Of a DNA stretch of 64,000 nt, positions 1-13,964 are shown in pieces (position 1 is the stretch's first letter; every line of letters starts with the position of its first letter). Source of the DNA: Marsupella aquatica (Eukaryota; Plantae; Marchantiophyta); assembly GCA_973895155.1 (NCBI GenBank), contig OZ316891.1, forward strand, positions 22,649,884-22,713,883, written 5' to 3'. Made by a program: the position numbers and the translations under genes. The notes beneath the pieces are model-generated. The model saw only the letters and a list, made by a program, of their open reading frames with translations, was not told the DNA's origin and made no database searches.

Positions 1-3000
1 CCAAGATTCAGAGGTTGGCCCGTGTCATACCCTAAGAATTAAAGACCCAGTATCATCATCTGGACTGTCGGGAGCCTCAGCTTCTAGGCTGCGTGATTCC
101 AGGCATGCAGCATAGTCCTCCACCAACGTCGTCCCTAAACGAGTCTCCAGTATTACTGAGACGAGCTGTGGCATGCGCGAGCTGCAGCAAGGGTGACACT
201 TACCTTAGCAAGGAAAGGGCATACCACAATCTATGTACCACCAGCTGAATCACACGCAGTAAATTGCTCTCCCCGTAGGACTATGGAAAGTGAAGCCTCT
301 CAGACTTGTTAAGCTGAACTGTCACTGGGATAGCTATTATGCAACGCTGTCATGTTACCTGAGGATACCCATTATTTTAATCGAGAATTGTTGAATCTTG
401 GGAGACATATCATAGCGCACATATTCTAAAAGTGTGATTACTTGTCGAATATCGTGTGACAACGTCAAAACAAGAGGCTGCACACAAAACAGTGTCTTTC
501 TTAGAATTTTTAACCAATGATAGAGCTCCCCAGAAGCAACCTAATACAATTCTGGTCGAATTGGAACATCGGCGACAATTGGACAATCAAGTACATAAAG
601 GCACAAGTTTGAGGGTGTACTTGATAAACTGGGCGCCAGTGTTCAGCATAGGGACCATCTTTCGTCAAAGCAAGAAGAAAGATTTGTAGACAAAGCTGAA
701 CGGCTTCCTCAAGAAATGGACCATGAAGTTTACTTGTTCGCTCATCGATAACAGTGTTTACACCTAACATTAGGATGCTCATCATATTTCGATAAATAAC
801 TTTACCGCTCATGAGATCCTAGATAACCACAATCACGAGCATTGGTTAGTAAGGGAACCCAATGGTGCGTAAAATTCAAGACGGATTTTTCTCCTTGGCA
901 AAGCACCACGAAATAGTGTTTGCTTTGTCAAAGGTAAAACAAAGAAACTAGGGGTAGGGGATACAAACCACAGATGAAAGCTGTAACAACTAGGCGAAAA
1001 TAACCTTATCATACAAAAGGCACGGGTAATGTCGGATTTCAAAGACATTTAAAAACAGCAGTAAGAATCCCACTCTGGTGATGTAATCCAGTGGAGCAAC
1101 TGGCACTACCACTGACAGAGTTCCGCACAGCTTTCACCTCTGATGCAGTCTTCTATCAAGGCTGCTTCAATTATGAAAACACTACAGGGGACGGTAAGAT
1201 CACACAGCCAAGTTGTGATTTATATCTGCGCAATTCTGTCGTCGTTCCTTATTGATGGACCCATCAGTCAAACAGCATCTGGCTTGGAACCACATGAAAG
1301 TACGAAAGTACAACTCCATGTATGAATAACTTACAATAAGACCCACTGAAAGCTGACAAGAAATATCCCTTTCCACTTGAGAGAATACTACATAAGAAAA
1401 TATGGACCATAGAGCAAAACCTTCATCAACTCAGCAGTTGGCAGACGACCCAGGGGCGACAGTCCATCAGAAACCCCATTTTGGGGAAGAAGAGCATAAT
1501 CTGTACTGCTTCTGATTTCTTCGTCTGATAGCTGGTACACACTCAACAATCTGTGTTCACCGCAAAGTCCGAGAAATGGCAATCAGTATATCATGGTCAA
1601 TTTCTTGAGAGTCGATGGGAATTGACATGTCACCATGGGTATAGTCCACCGCAAATATGCTCATCCATATAGAATAGCAGCATCTGGGCCGAAGAAGGTT
1701 CTGTCAACAGGATATTTCAAAACAAATTCCAAGACTGTCATAAAAATCGCACATTTGGAAATGCGTGAGCGCAGCGACGACCAGCTTCCATTTTTCAACT
1801 GAATCAGAATATGCTCGTTGAGCAAACGGAGCAAATACTTGGTCACGTACAAAGCTGAAGATCCCAATATATCTGCGACAGAACAACAAAAATTCAACTC
1901 CCAAAGGCAAGCTTAGACACGTTCAAGAATTCCGACTGGAAACTGGCCATCTGACAGAGGAGATGGTGATTTCCTCATGGACACATTCTGGAGATTCTAT
2001 CAGGAGCACTGGCAAGCAAGTAATTCATCGCCTACACACCAGTTTACATCCAAGACAAAGAACGGTTCATCATCACCTTCGGCCACTGTCTGAGTTATCT
2101 TCTTCATTGACGATAAGGACATTAAGGAGTTCCAAATAAGAACGAGTAGAGGGGTACTCCTCCTGCCTTGCCTCCACCTCATTTAACTCAAATGTCATAT
2201 CATAAGCCTGCAGAGATGATGATAATTAGATGCTGACTTTAGTAAACATTATGATGAAGTAATTTATGCGTCGCTCCGTACATTCCAAAATTTCTCAATT
2301 CGATTTTCAGCAACTAAAAGGACTGCACCTGGGACGGAAGCTGTTGGACGTTTCCTTCCGCAACAACAGGTGCGGCAAGTACTGGAAGGTCGTACTGCTC
2401 CAGTAACCGCCATACTTTACCCTTCAACATTGGCAAAACTTGCACAAATACAGCAATAGCATTTCTGAGAGCCCCCTGGAGCCACCGTCGCAACACAAGC
2501 TCCTCATATCAGTACTGTACGTCTTTGTATCAGGTTAAAGATTTCGTCGGTATCATATTTAACATGCCTTCCACTACTGGAGCTTCCAATAGCTACAATT
2601 ACATTCCTCGCGCAGTGATCACTCGGCATCGGTGCCTGCTCATAGTTTGGACTCTCAATCCTGAACAGATGTGCTTACTTGACGTTAAGAAAGAGAAATC
2701 ACGACTCGACTTAAGCATCCATCTGTCTCAGATATTATATATCAAGTACAAAGGATGAAGCATCCATACCTTCAAGTACGGAGGAACATTCTCATATGGA
2801 AGGAGTCTGAAGAGAGGCTCAATATCAGGAAACCATTGTGATCTTTCCAGATCATTTCCGACCTCCATCACCTGAACATCGACAGTAGAGCCCTTGTAAA
2901 ATACTGCTTCCTGTGAACTTTGCAGTTTGCATCATCGCCTAAAGTGACTCATCAGTTCACAGCACTGAAGATAAGGTTGAGATCAACGGCATACCTTCTT

Positions 3001-6000
3001 CAATACCCTTAAATACGCTTCAAGGGCCCTAGCATCCCAATCCTGAAACTCGGGAAGCAATGCACCTGGACTCTGTAAGCTTTGTCTAAACCGATAGTCA
3101 TACACGTCCAATGAGTTGAAAAGGATCTGCCATCCAACTCCTCGAATTGTCTTGTTTTGTAGCAGCTGGTACACTTTCTTTCCCGTATCTTCATTTGAAG
3201 CCTGTTCACAAGGTCCCCGCAAAACCAAATTGTAGCTTATCAACACTAAGAAAGTACTCTCCTAAAGACTCTCTTGCACACAGCAAAACCATATCTGCTT
3301 GTGTGTCCCAAGATCTTTACTCGTTATCAAATTGAATTTCGAGCGTGACCCGCACACAAGCTTTGACCGATTATGTAAATGAAACATAGACCAAATGGAA
3401 TCAATTGTACGGCAATGCAAGAAACCAGTAAAACATTCTAGATTTGGAGGCTGGAAACAGAGCCAGTATCTTACAGACCAGCGCTGTAAGCATGTTTAAA
3501 AAGGCCACCAGTGTCACATGGGTAGTATGATCTTCCCCAGCAAAACGCACGAAGTTCCATAGTAGGTCGTTGTCAAGAGTGAGTTCTGGTTCCCTCTGGT
3601 CACAAGATATGGCAGGTTTGAGAACTATGAATCTAAAACCTTGAAAACATTCAACACGACTGGCATGAACCCGAGATCATTCAACCCATACAAATGGCAC
3701 CATCATGATCAGCAACTACGAATTGACTTCACAATTCAAAGAAGGACCAAAACCTTCGGCATGGTCAAAAAGCACCCTAGGTTTACAATCAAATACTGAT
3801 ACAAATTCATTTAAGCATCACTCACCAAACCAGCAGAGGTAGTTCAGCAGAGACGTTTAAACAACAGCAGTCATGTGATCAGTGAACTTGGACAGACCTG
3901 ATATACTTCTGAAATCATGTCCAAAAATGATGTGAATGGCTTCGCTTGTGCTTGTAATCCTTGTTGTTCTGCACGAGCAGCATCATCTGCTAAGGGATCT
4001 TTGATCTCGTGCATGTATGAACCTAGTGCAATCATTGCTGAATCTTTAAGATCTTTTATCTGCATTGAAAGGTTGGCACAACTCAGTATAATGTTAAGAA
4101 GCCGCTGTCAAACTGATGATCACACTCAGAATGTACATTCTATAAGAAATCAGGAAAAAGTTTGGAAACACCTGCAATTTGTAAGCATCCCCAACGAGTG
4201 TAAGGGGTGAAGCTTACCTTTTCATGACCTAGAGGATGAGAGAAGAAGCTTGTAATTAACTTATGCAGGTAGGCATTATACATGAAGATCAAATCTTCAT
4301 CATCATTCTGTTTAATATCAGCAATACAAAGCGTCAGAGGAGGACCTAAAGACTCTATACTGACAGTTGATCGAGTGAGCTGTACAACTGATTAGACCAA
4401 AATTCTGAAAATGAGGCAAGAGCGCGAACTTTCGAATTTCCAAGCAAACAAAATTGGTTATCAAGTGAAAGATACCACTCTAGGTATCTTCCTAGTTGCT
4501 TTCTCGCTCCCAGTTCAAACTATGAAGACAACCTCAACTTAAACAGGATGGGTGAGATTTCCTTTGCGTCATAACATGATATGCCTCGTGACCTACATAC
4601 CTGAAAAGCTGCCGTCTTCAGCACATTGGAGGTGAGAAACTCAAATGCAGTGTGTTCACAGGCCCAGTCAAGACAGGTCCTAGCGTTTGACTCCGCACTC
4701 GGATTGCCTCCACGTGCTGTAGGTCGTGAGGTTAACATCAAGAATATTGCCCACACAAGGCGAATCACACCTGTGAAGCCCTCTGTGGTTGCATTAGTAT
4801 CAGCACCCATAACCTGCACAACAATCAGAAACTTCATTTGTTAGTGTAAAGCTAAGTCTTCCCAATACTACCTCACGGGAACCTTTTTCGAGATCCATTA
4901 TAAAATTCCGAAAGCATCCCACGCAAATCTTCAAACAAATCAAGTATAAGTTTACCATCTTTTGGAAATCTTGATGAAAAGCCGAATCAGAGGAGAGTAC
5001 TTCTCGTCCTCCTCCAAGAGCATCCGACATCAACGAAATCACCAGAGCAAACATAATGGTATATGCAACCTGGCGCACATAAGGTGAAATCATTTAAAAC
5101 CATTATAAAGTTGATTCCAGAATCCAGTTTTTCTCATCAATATGTCAAATCGTGTGCCCCTTGGTCAAATATATAATCCTTGAGATTCAGAAACTTACAA
5201 GTTACACTCCAGAAACAATTTTCAAGTCCTTGAGAACAGCAGTAAAGTCGTAAGCGCAATCTAAGAAACAATTTCCAGTAACAAACACTTTTCAACGATT
5301 TAAGACCAGAAATCCAATCTCCGCAATGGAGTCCAGTAAGGAAGCTTCTTGATCATATCGACTTATTGGGTTGAGGGTTGCTCTACTCACAAAACAATCC
5401 CCACGCCCTGTGCTAGACGCACAGATACAACTATGATCCGTATCAGCTTCAGATTATGGAGAAGAAAATAAAATAAAGATATAGAAATAGAAATAGAAAT
5501 ATACATAAAGATGATCATACGGGTAAGAAAACCTGTAGCTATACTGATTAAGGAATAATTGTTTTACCTGGAACTTCACCGTATCCTGCGTAATATTGGC
5601 ATCCGCACAGCAATCTTTCAGCAGGTTGTACAGATCTTTTACTTCTTGTGGATCTGCATTAAAGGCAAAAGATTCAATGAAAATAATATTTACGTTTTTT
5701 CAAGGATGAACATAACAAAGGATTGTCTTCCGATACTGAATATGTCAAAAAACGATTGCATGGAACTTAGGTTGCGAGGCCCAGAGTACTGCAACTCACT
5801 GAGCCGAACAATAAGACAAGAGAAAACAAGGCACTGGCTGATGCTCAGGCGCTCCCCGTGAGCAATATCCCGGCGTTGCGAAAGTGCACCTCTCGCGTCA
5901 AGGACATAAGGCTCAGTTCCAGGGCCCCCTGAACCTCCTGGCTCTTCTCTATTCAAAGCCTGTACGTGTGGCCGTGGGAGATTACCAATGATACCAATTA

Positions 6001-8506
6001 TAATTCAGTTTGGAAACTTGATCAAAAAGCTACTTTTTCTTAACTTCTATCAGTCCAACCACCCCAAGTTATTCACTGAGGTTGTCACGTACGACAAGAC
6101 TCAATTGATGAGTAGCACGACATTCATAAAACGTTTAAAAAGAGTTATAAGGCTAATCAGCAGCTCTGAACTCTATGAAGAGAGGCTCTATCATATCATA
6201 TTCAAGTAAGCTAGCTGCCAGACATTGGTAGAATTCAGTTATAACCCCTTACAACACAGCAATCACCCCTTAACCTGTTACTTCTAGCAAATAATATGTT
6301 TCACCAAAACATAAATAAATTGACATCTGCAAGTATTTCCGTCTCTGCACCTTTATAAGGGACATAAGCCGCTTCCTGTATCCACCTGCCAGCAAGGTTT
6401 CCAGATATTGGCGCATATCTCCCACGAAATCAGGATCCAAATCCTCGTCCAAAACAACAGCCTGTCTTGCAACAACGCGATATAAACAAATTAAAACGCC
6501 TCGCAAAGCTCCAATGAATACACAGGACAGTGAGAAATTACATCCAACAGCATTACCTTCGATCATCACATGTTGTTGCACCTAGTCCGCAGGATGCATA
6601 CAACTCTACTCTTTGAAGAGAACTTAGCCTGCATTAGAGCTACTACTCTTTTGAAGTGAAGTATCTTTAAATCTGGCATACCTATGCAATGGACTACTTT
6701 CTTCAGTTTGTAGCAACAACGAAGTCCAAGCTGTTGCTCTCCCAAAAAGGGTTGTTTGAGGGCGTCTCTCGTTCGAACGTTGCACATGGAAGGAGATCTT
6801 ACTAGCCCAGCAAACCATAACATTAATAGTAAGCTAAAAAAATGTAGAATCTTACCCGGAGCAATTGTTGCACCGAACTTATTAGTGCTCTCCTTTCAGT
6901 GAACCACAACCCTGCAGCCAGGCGAAGAACTTCCAGAGGCTCCCTTCCCAGTAGATTCCACTGCAACCACAAATAACTATGAGCGGAACGGCCCTGACAT
7001 GGAGTGACCCCCAGTGCAAAGCACCGACCTAACAGGGCCCAAACACTTAGATGAAATACCTCCTGATGAGCAGCCACCAAAAGACTGACGCAGTCAACTT
7101 CGTTGAGATGGTAGTCATCGCTCAATTTTAGAGCCTGCACCGCAGAAGAATTTCATCAAAACAGGACACGTCCACCAGCTGAACAAGCTCAAAACAATAA
7201 TCGCACTGACTTGTTACTTGCATCACGTTATCGGTCACTGTTATCACAGGTAGCAGCTGGAGAAACTTCGGAAACCTGAAATCTTCCTCATAATAGGACG
7301 GGGTTGGAAGCTTCAGCTTACTATCTCAACATCCTGGTCGTCCAAGACGGTCGGAGGCGCATTTGGCAATCTGACCTCTTTTGATAAAACCTGTTGCCTG
7401 TCTTCTGCTTTTGGGCCCTGCGACAACGAGGGAAGAATTGGACGAATCCAGTGCTTTCAAATCCGATGCATGCTGTCCCTGCTGGGAATATTGCGAGGGT
7501 CGTTCCTTTCCAAATTTCACGATAACTACGAATACAAAACATGCCTAGACCTACTCTATTTCGATCTCCAGAGAATTTTACGCAATGTTGTAGGACGTAC
7601 ATGGGGCAACATTTTCGAGCTGGAAGACATGACAGAGGGATAATCACTCTCTTGGAACTCGGTAAACGAATAATGAGTAAAAAATGTTCAACAAAGGTTC
7701 TTATGCACATTGCCTGTCAGTCTAAACTTTCTTTCTAGTTGTAGCTCCTTGTCCCATATCCGAACGGAACACAGATCGCATAAGACATTCTGAATCCTGT
7801 CGAGCGACACGTGCTATGTAGAGGATCTGAGGCCCAAATTCAGTCTCCTTGTATTCGTCGAGAGGACTAAGTGGTTTTATAGAGAGCATCAAATCAAATA
7901 TTTCTGTATCACACAGGAGCTCAGTGCTGGTTGTCTGCCATTTTTTCGTCGATTGCTTTATTATTAAAGTGCTGACGGTAGAGTGCTAACACAGAGCATA
8001 CGAGGAAATAGAGGTGAAATTGCGCACTCGTACTCGAAAGTCAATTTCAAACTTCGGCTAGGACACTGTAATGTAGCGTTTACAGATAGAAGGTTACGAA
8101 TGTCGCTACCGGACCAGCGAACAAGATCAACAATAACACGGGTAAGAAACAGCAGAAATACTAAAACAGATGCAAAGCTGCTGCCCGTCGTGAAATACCC
8201 AAGGACGCATTCCCACAAGACCGTTCCGCCCGACGCTGGAATTTGCCAACGCAGGAGGCAAAATCCACAAAATCTCCTACGATTCCTCAATTGCCCACCG
8301 TAATACTCATTTCTTTAAAAATTTCATCAATTTTACATTCAAGCACCCCAGGGGTGACAGAAACGTACCGGAAAAAGAAGGAAATTCTTCAGGTCGTCAC
8401 TGGAGACGTGGAGAGCATGAGCGAGGTCGGCGCGCTGCTGCGGGTCAGGCTTCGCTCCTCGCAGCGCGGCCTCCACAGTGGCCAACAGGCGGCGATGCGA
8501 AACCAT
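1..8506 (-). CDS. NUP205: Nuclear pore complex protein NUP205, multi-exon; 5' portion, continues past the left edge of the window
   Basis: Exon 1 (8369-8506) encodes MVSHRRLLATVEAALRGAKPDPQQRADLAHALHVSSDDLKNFLLFP, followed by a GTACGT donor. Later exons encode ALKLSDDYHLNEVDCVSLLVAAHQE, WNLLGREPLEVLRLAAGLWFTERRALI, EPYVLDARGAL, GALRNAIAVFV and MSGKVIYRNMMSIL, all resembling plant NUP205. Introns are GT-AG. Confidence 0.9.
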
Positions 8507-8674
8507 GGTCACAGAATCAACCTGTCTGGCCGACGCCACTCTCTCTGAGCTCGCTCAGCCGTTCCACTCAGCGCATCTCACAATGCGCAGCGCGGGAAAC
8601 GAAGAACGAACTGGCACCAGCAGCGGCGTGCCAAGGCAAGCGAGCGAGGGCATGAGGGCACGCTCATCGGCTCA

Positions 8675-8965
8675 TCACAGCTGCTACGTACACACTAGGC
8701 GAGAAGAGGAGAGCTCCTTCGAGGTTTTGGACGAGGGCACGACGCTCATCGACGCGGTGCAGCTGCCGTGGGCAATCTGGGGAACCAAAGTCACGACTCA
8801 ATCACAGCTGCTACGTACATACTAGGCGAGAAGTGAGAAGAGAGAAGAGGGGACCTCATTCGAGGTTTTGGACGAGGGCACAGCGTTCATCGACCATCGC
8901 AGCAGCAGCAGTAGCAGCGGGGCAATCAATCTAGGGAACAAGAGGAGTTCTCGTTCGAGGTTTTG
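8675..8965. repeat. Diverged ~125-bp tandem duplication upstream of NUP205 (two copies plus a partial third)
   Basis: tcacagctgctacgtaca(c/t)actaggcgagaag...ttcgaggttttggacgagggcac occurs at ~8675 and ~8802; ttcgaggtttt recurs at ~8954. Confidence 0.75.
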
Positions 8966-9088
8966 CTGAAGGTTTAGGACGGGCAGGCAGAGGGAGGCAA
9001 TGCGAGGGACGAGAGGGGTCCCAGTTCAAATGCAAGCTTGCCCCCGTCATCAAAGGGTATCGAGTTTCATGCAAGAAGAGGTTGGGGC

Positions 9089-9180
9089 AGAAACCAACCG
9101 GCTTAGGTCAGTTGACCAGGGGATTAGCCTAGAACCCAAGAGGTAGTTAAATCTCCCCTGCACATGCAAGGGGGTATGGA
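9089..9180 (+). mobile_element. tRNA-derived SINE-like repeat, copy 1 (degenerate)
   Basis: agaaaccaaccggcttaggtcagttgaccaggggattagcctagaac... aligns with the reverse complement of 61770-61870, which has A-box and B-box-like motifs. Confidence 0.55.
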
Positions 9181-9736
9181 GCAGCTTATTTAGTAAAGTT
9201 TTTTAATTTTGGTTTTTTTAATTTTTAGCCAGTGTGGCAGACGTAACCTAGGGTTAGTGCTTACCTTACCAACGGACACAATTTCCCGTCGGTACCCTCC
9301 ATTCCCATAATCTTCCCTACAGACACCCGTAACCCCTCTCCAAACATCAATAACCCCCTGCAGAAAGTCATAACGTGTCACTAGAAGTGGCATATTCCCC
9401 ACCATCTGAGAATATCATCCCACCGTTCAATAAACTACATGGTGACATCAGACGGCACCAATCATATCAGACAACACATGGCATCAATTTTAGCAGATTT
9501 GAGTGAAGCAACGCGACCATGCGTAGATGCCAGAATGCAACAACAGACTCCACACAAAATTAATTTACGCAAAAGCTTATGTCTGAGGAAAATCCATGGT
9601 CACTTTATTCATTGAATCATCAAATAATGATCCTTGTTCACAGAATCAACATCCGTAAGATTTACATCAAAAAACTAAAGTCAAGTGATCAACAAGATCC
9701 GTGTTGATCTAAATGTAATTCTCTGTGCTTCTAACT

Positions 9737-12482
9737 CTATGATTGACCATTTCTAACATTCTCCTTGTTGTCGTCATCATCTTTCTTGTTCCCACAAATG
9801 ATGTTAATTGTACAATGCTTGAACTGGTTACCACTCATGCTACTTCCTCTGTAAACCTGAGAACTACTTGATCCTCTAAAATGCTTTGCAGTAGTAGGAT
9901 TCTCTGCCAAGTACGCCTCAAAATTGATGTCATCAGCCTCCTTATGCCACTTGGAGACTTCTTCAATGTGCTCCTTTGCAGTCGACACATTCTCCTGGGC
10001 CTTCTTCGATCTACTATAACTATGCCCCAACCGGAGCTGAGCCTTCTCCAAATCACCTTCCTGTAAACAACAATAATAAAAATTCTCACACGTTGAGTTC
10101 GCAATGCAAGGACCCCAGGAGATAGGGAAATACGACAAAACAAGCACTTCATGCCAATACTTCCAACTGCATTCGAAATCTTGGAATACTGTGCAAAGGA
10201 ACAAGTGGGATCTCACCTTAAGGTCTTTAAGAAACAGGCGGAAGTGAAAACAAAGTCCACGGATAAATCACACACATTCGACCAGCAAATCAACAAACAA
10301 TTGACCAAAAGATATTGGAGCCTATACCTGTATTGTGCTAGTGTTGCTTGTCAATTTAGAACTTATAGTGATGTCCTTGCAGATGATAGGAGGCAACGTG
10401 GTTCCACTCAAATATTGTAGTACATAAAGGGATAACCATTGGTCCAATCAGTGGATTCAATGTTTTTGAGCATCCAATCACGTCGTCTTCCACAAACCGC
10501 TTAGATACTTCTGTAAGTGCAATCTTGTAATTCAAATCAGGTCTTGCAGAAATAAGAGTTATTGCTTCCATTTTCAAGAGTTTGGTTCGGTCGTACCTCT
10601 GATAGCCATCAGCAGTATGATGACTTGAGATCATCATACCCACCTCATCAGGTACACCCTGAGAAGCCATCCACGTAATAAGAGTAACTCGCCCACTCTT
10701 GTTTGTGAACAGATTTGTCGGTAGGCCAACAAGCTGCAACATGGTTTTTAGCCAGTTAGAAGCTCAGTCTCGAGCCACCTTGTGCTTTCTATTATACCAA
10801 GCAATGTCAGTCGGGTTAGTAATTGGACCTAGAAACAAATTTGGCTTAGTTTTAGCCACATCCTCTACTGGTGGGTGTCGCAAGTACTGCTTGATGCACA
10901 AGACCAAATTTGGCTCAAACGAGTGGTACAAGTTTCAAAATTGCTCCTCATTGTAATGACTTAGAGTATAATTGTTGTTTTTGGACTCTCACTCTTCAAA
11001 CCTGAACAGACGCCACAAAAACATCACAAAAACAAAGTTGAGAAGCGCATGCATCAATGTTCACTTCAATGACTTGACAAATGAGTAAAAATTAATCAAG
11101 AAGCAAAAATGTCCTCCTAAACTTGAGTAGAAAGCAAACTCCTCCGCAACATACACTTCCACACCCGAAGGCGAGGCAGGCACACGACTTGCACGTTCTA
11201 TCTAGATTAGAATCTTCAATGCAACGATGCTTTTGGACGTTTCCTCACCTCCTCTAGAAGCGAATTCTTCACCAGATCAAATATGCAGAAGTTCAAAGCA
11301 ATGTAGGGAGCAATGCCTACATTTCTACGTCCAAAAGTAGTTCACACAACTAAGAAGAAAACGATGACAAACCTCCTCAAGAGCTTCTTCCAACTCGTGA
11401 ACGTGGAACGATTAAGCATTTCAAACATTCTAAAGAAAGCAACAGAGTTACCTCACGTACTCCTGTCCCAATTTGTTCACCTCAATTCTTAGATCCTTTC
11501 GTTGCAAATTCCATAGTTCGCCACCACCTCTTTTTCCAAGACAACAGAGACAATAAAATGCAAAATGTTTCTAATAGCCATGTGGGCTGGTAATCTGATG
11601 GTCAATGTCAGCCAACACAATCATTTCCATCTCCTTAGTAATAATCTAAACCTGCACATTGGAGAACTCACAGATTACGACCTTCTCAAATCAAGAAATG
11701 AATACCTGTAGATATTCTCAAAAGAATGCCAGTAGATAAAATCCTTGCCTGCTTCCATTTTTATTTATGTCGTCTCATGCAGACTTCCTTATTGCTGCCC
11801 TGGGAACCAATCGAGTTTTGGTGAAGGCTGAAGGCGAATTGATGTCGAAATTTGTCTCAACCAAACCTTTCGTGGTACCATTCAAAGCTCGAATAACGTT
11901 GGCACACCGAATGATTTGATTTAGGCCAATGATTCATCATGTTCATTAGATTGGAGCTGGGATATGGTAATCCATCTACCTTTATAGCCCTCGAAAATGA
12001 GTGACTGAAGAGTTTATTGAGCTGAACTAATGGCAGGTTCCCTATAGGAAGTGACATATCCCACTGCATGGCTGATCAGAGCTGATCAGCTTGCCTCATT
12101 GCCCATCGATCGTTGTGTTCAGAAGGCTGTTTCTCTCTTCCACGACTAGCCTCCACCAATAGAGGATTACAACATCTCTCAGTTCTGGACTATTGACGAC
12201 ATTGGCAATTGATCTTTCACCCGGTGCAACTACGCCGTAATTCCTTTCCTCTGAAGTATCTGCATTCTGAAGAGTGGGAATGACAACAATACATCCATCA
12301 AATTGAGGTAAATCAGCAAACAAATCAAGAATACGTTCCGTCTCAAGCTCGCCTGCAAGCTCATCAAGAAGGTGCATCTCCAAGTCATTCGAATCTGCTC
12401 CATCATCTTTGATCTTGGCAGGGCTCCATAACTCTCTGGACAGATTTTGATATGATCTGAAATGACTGATATGGATAAGCAA
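9737..12482 (-). mobile_element. Degenerate Crypton-like DNA transposon: spliced tyrosine recombinase (DUF3504-type) pseudogene
   Basis: Minus-strand pieces in order: QLNKLFSHSFSRAIKVDGLPYPSSNLMNM; FYCLCCLGKRGGGELWNLQRKDL (R at 11529-11531); GT-AG intron 11002-11451; FEE*ESKNN (K at 10980-10982); CIKQYLRHPP...LFLGP...WYNRK; LFTNKSGRVT (K/HxxR); ISSHHTADGYQRYD (H, and Y at 10593-10595); C-terminal GNQFKHCTINI. Several in-frame stops and a frameshift are present. Confidence 0.75.
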
Positions 12483-13769
12483 AACTCTCCAAGACCTTCA
12501 TCAAGTGATCAATGCATTGACTCCAATCGTCTTTTGCAAATGTCTTATAAGAGAGAACACTCATTGCAACGTACAAACCTGAAAATGCTTGAACTAGTGA
12601 ATGGAACCAATTCAGCAGGCTGCATCGTACGTGTAGCAAGGCGAGGAAATTTGAATTTTGTGCCCGACAGCACTTCTTTGCGATCTGCCATGCTCAACAA
12701 GTTGCAATTGATTTCAAATCTTGCCCCGCCAGCGCCTCAGCCTCGACAATCGTAACTCACCTCAAAAAATGAATTGACCGTGCTCATCCCGTCACGGCTA
12801 CACACTCTTTTTTGAATGTCTCTTCCTTGCTTGGATGTTATTGGTTGGACCGTTAGTAGCCGGTAAGATAATCATTGACCCTAGATTAGTATGGTTATCC
12901 CGATCTAACGGTCGTTACTAGCGTTCAACCGGCCCTCCCCCCGGCCCTCCCTTGTTCCTCCCCAAACTCTCCCGGCTACGCTGATCAAGTCAGGGTCAGA
13001 ACTTGGTCGGGCAGGTTACACGCCAGTAACCTCCCTGTAGATCGGTATTATCTTACACATTAGCAACTCTAAGGGAGGAGATGCTAGGAATATTCTTTGT
13101 TACTTTTTTCTGGATTACATCGCCACCAGATATCCCTAGATTTAAAAATGACCATTAGATTCTGGAAAAAGGGGTCCATGATTAGGTGGGAATGTGGCAA
13201 ATGACACAAAATCTAGCGAATGTTAGCCAAAAGTAGCAAACACTTTTTGGTGAGGTGGAATTTGGCTAAATTTGAACTTAAACAAATATGCTGGTATGGA
13301 GGGTGGGGTGTAGTGGTTGGAGTATTGGTTTCTCTTTAGCATGGGCTGGTCTGTTAATTTTGGAGCTCTAGTTCAACCCCCTCTCCCTCGTGGTCTGGGT
13401 CTCTGTTGGACGTACCCCTGGGTATGATCCCTTGTGGCTACTGTACAAAGGCACATGCTCCCGGAATAAATTGTCTATAAATTGTCTATCCTCTGTTGGA
13501 TGGGTCTGCTCTTGGTTTCAAGAGCAAAAAGAGGTTGGGCAAGAGGGGGCCACCGTAAACTCCACCCTCTTGTTACCTCCCTTTTGTTTGCTCTCGTACA
13601 TGAATTATTTTCATTTCACACTCGCTTTGTATATCTTTTTCATTTTTTGTTGGGGAAGGAAACCTGCCTGAGGAAACCAGCCACGAGGGAGTTTATATAC
13701 AATGTATGTTTTAGGATATCCAGTGTACTACCTTTCACATGATTCTTTGAAAAACTTTGAAAAAGTTGT

Positions 13770-13955
13770 GGCCAGTTGCTTTAGGCCAAAGTCCATAACT
13801 TTTGCCACGAAATTGGTCATGTTCATGACCCACGGTCATGATCATAAGTCACTCTAGAGACCAGTGAAAAAAAACAAACAAACTTGACATAGTCCTTTGA
13901 AAAAGTTATGGCAAAAGCCATCATCTTAGAGCTTTGAAGCTTTGACACACCCTAC
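13770..13955 (+). repeat. Dispersed repeat (MITE-like), related to 63075-63230
   Basis: Shared blocks gtccataac, catgacc, tcatga, agtgaaaaaaaac, aaagttatg, caaaagccat and gaagctttga occur in the same order at both sites. Confidence 0.55.
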
Positions 13956-13964
13956 TGTATTCGT

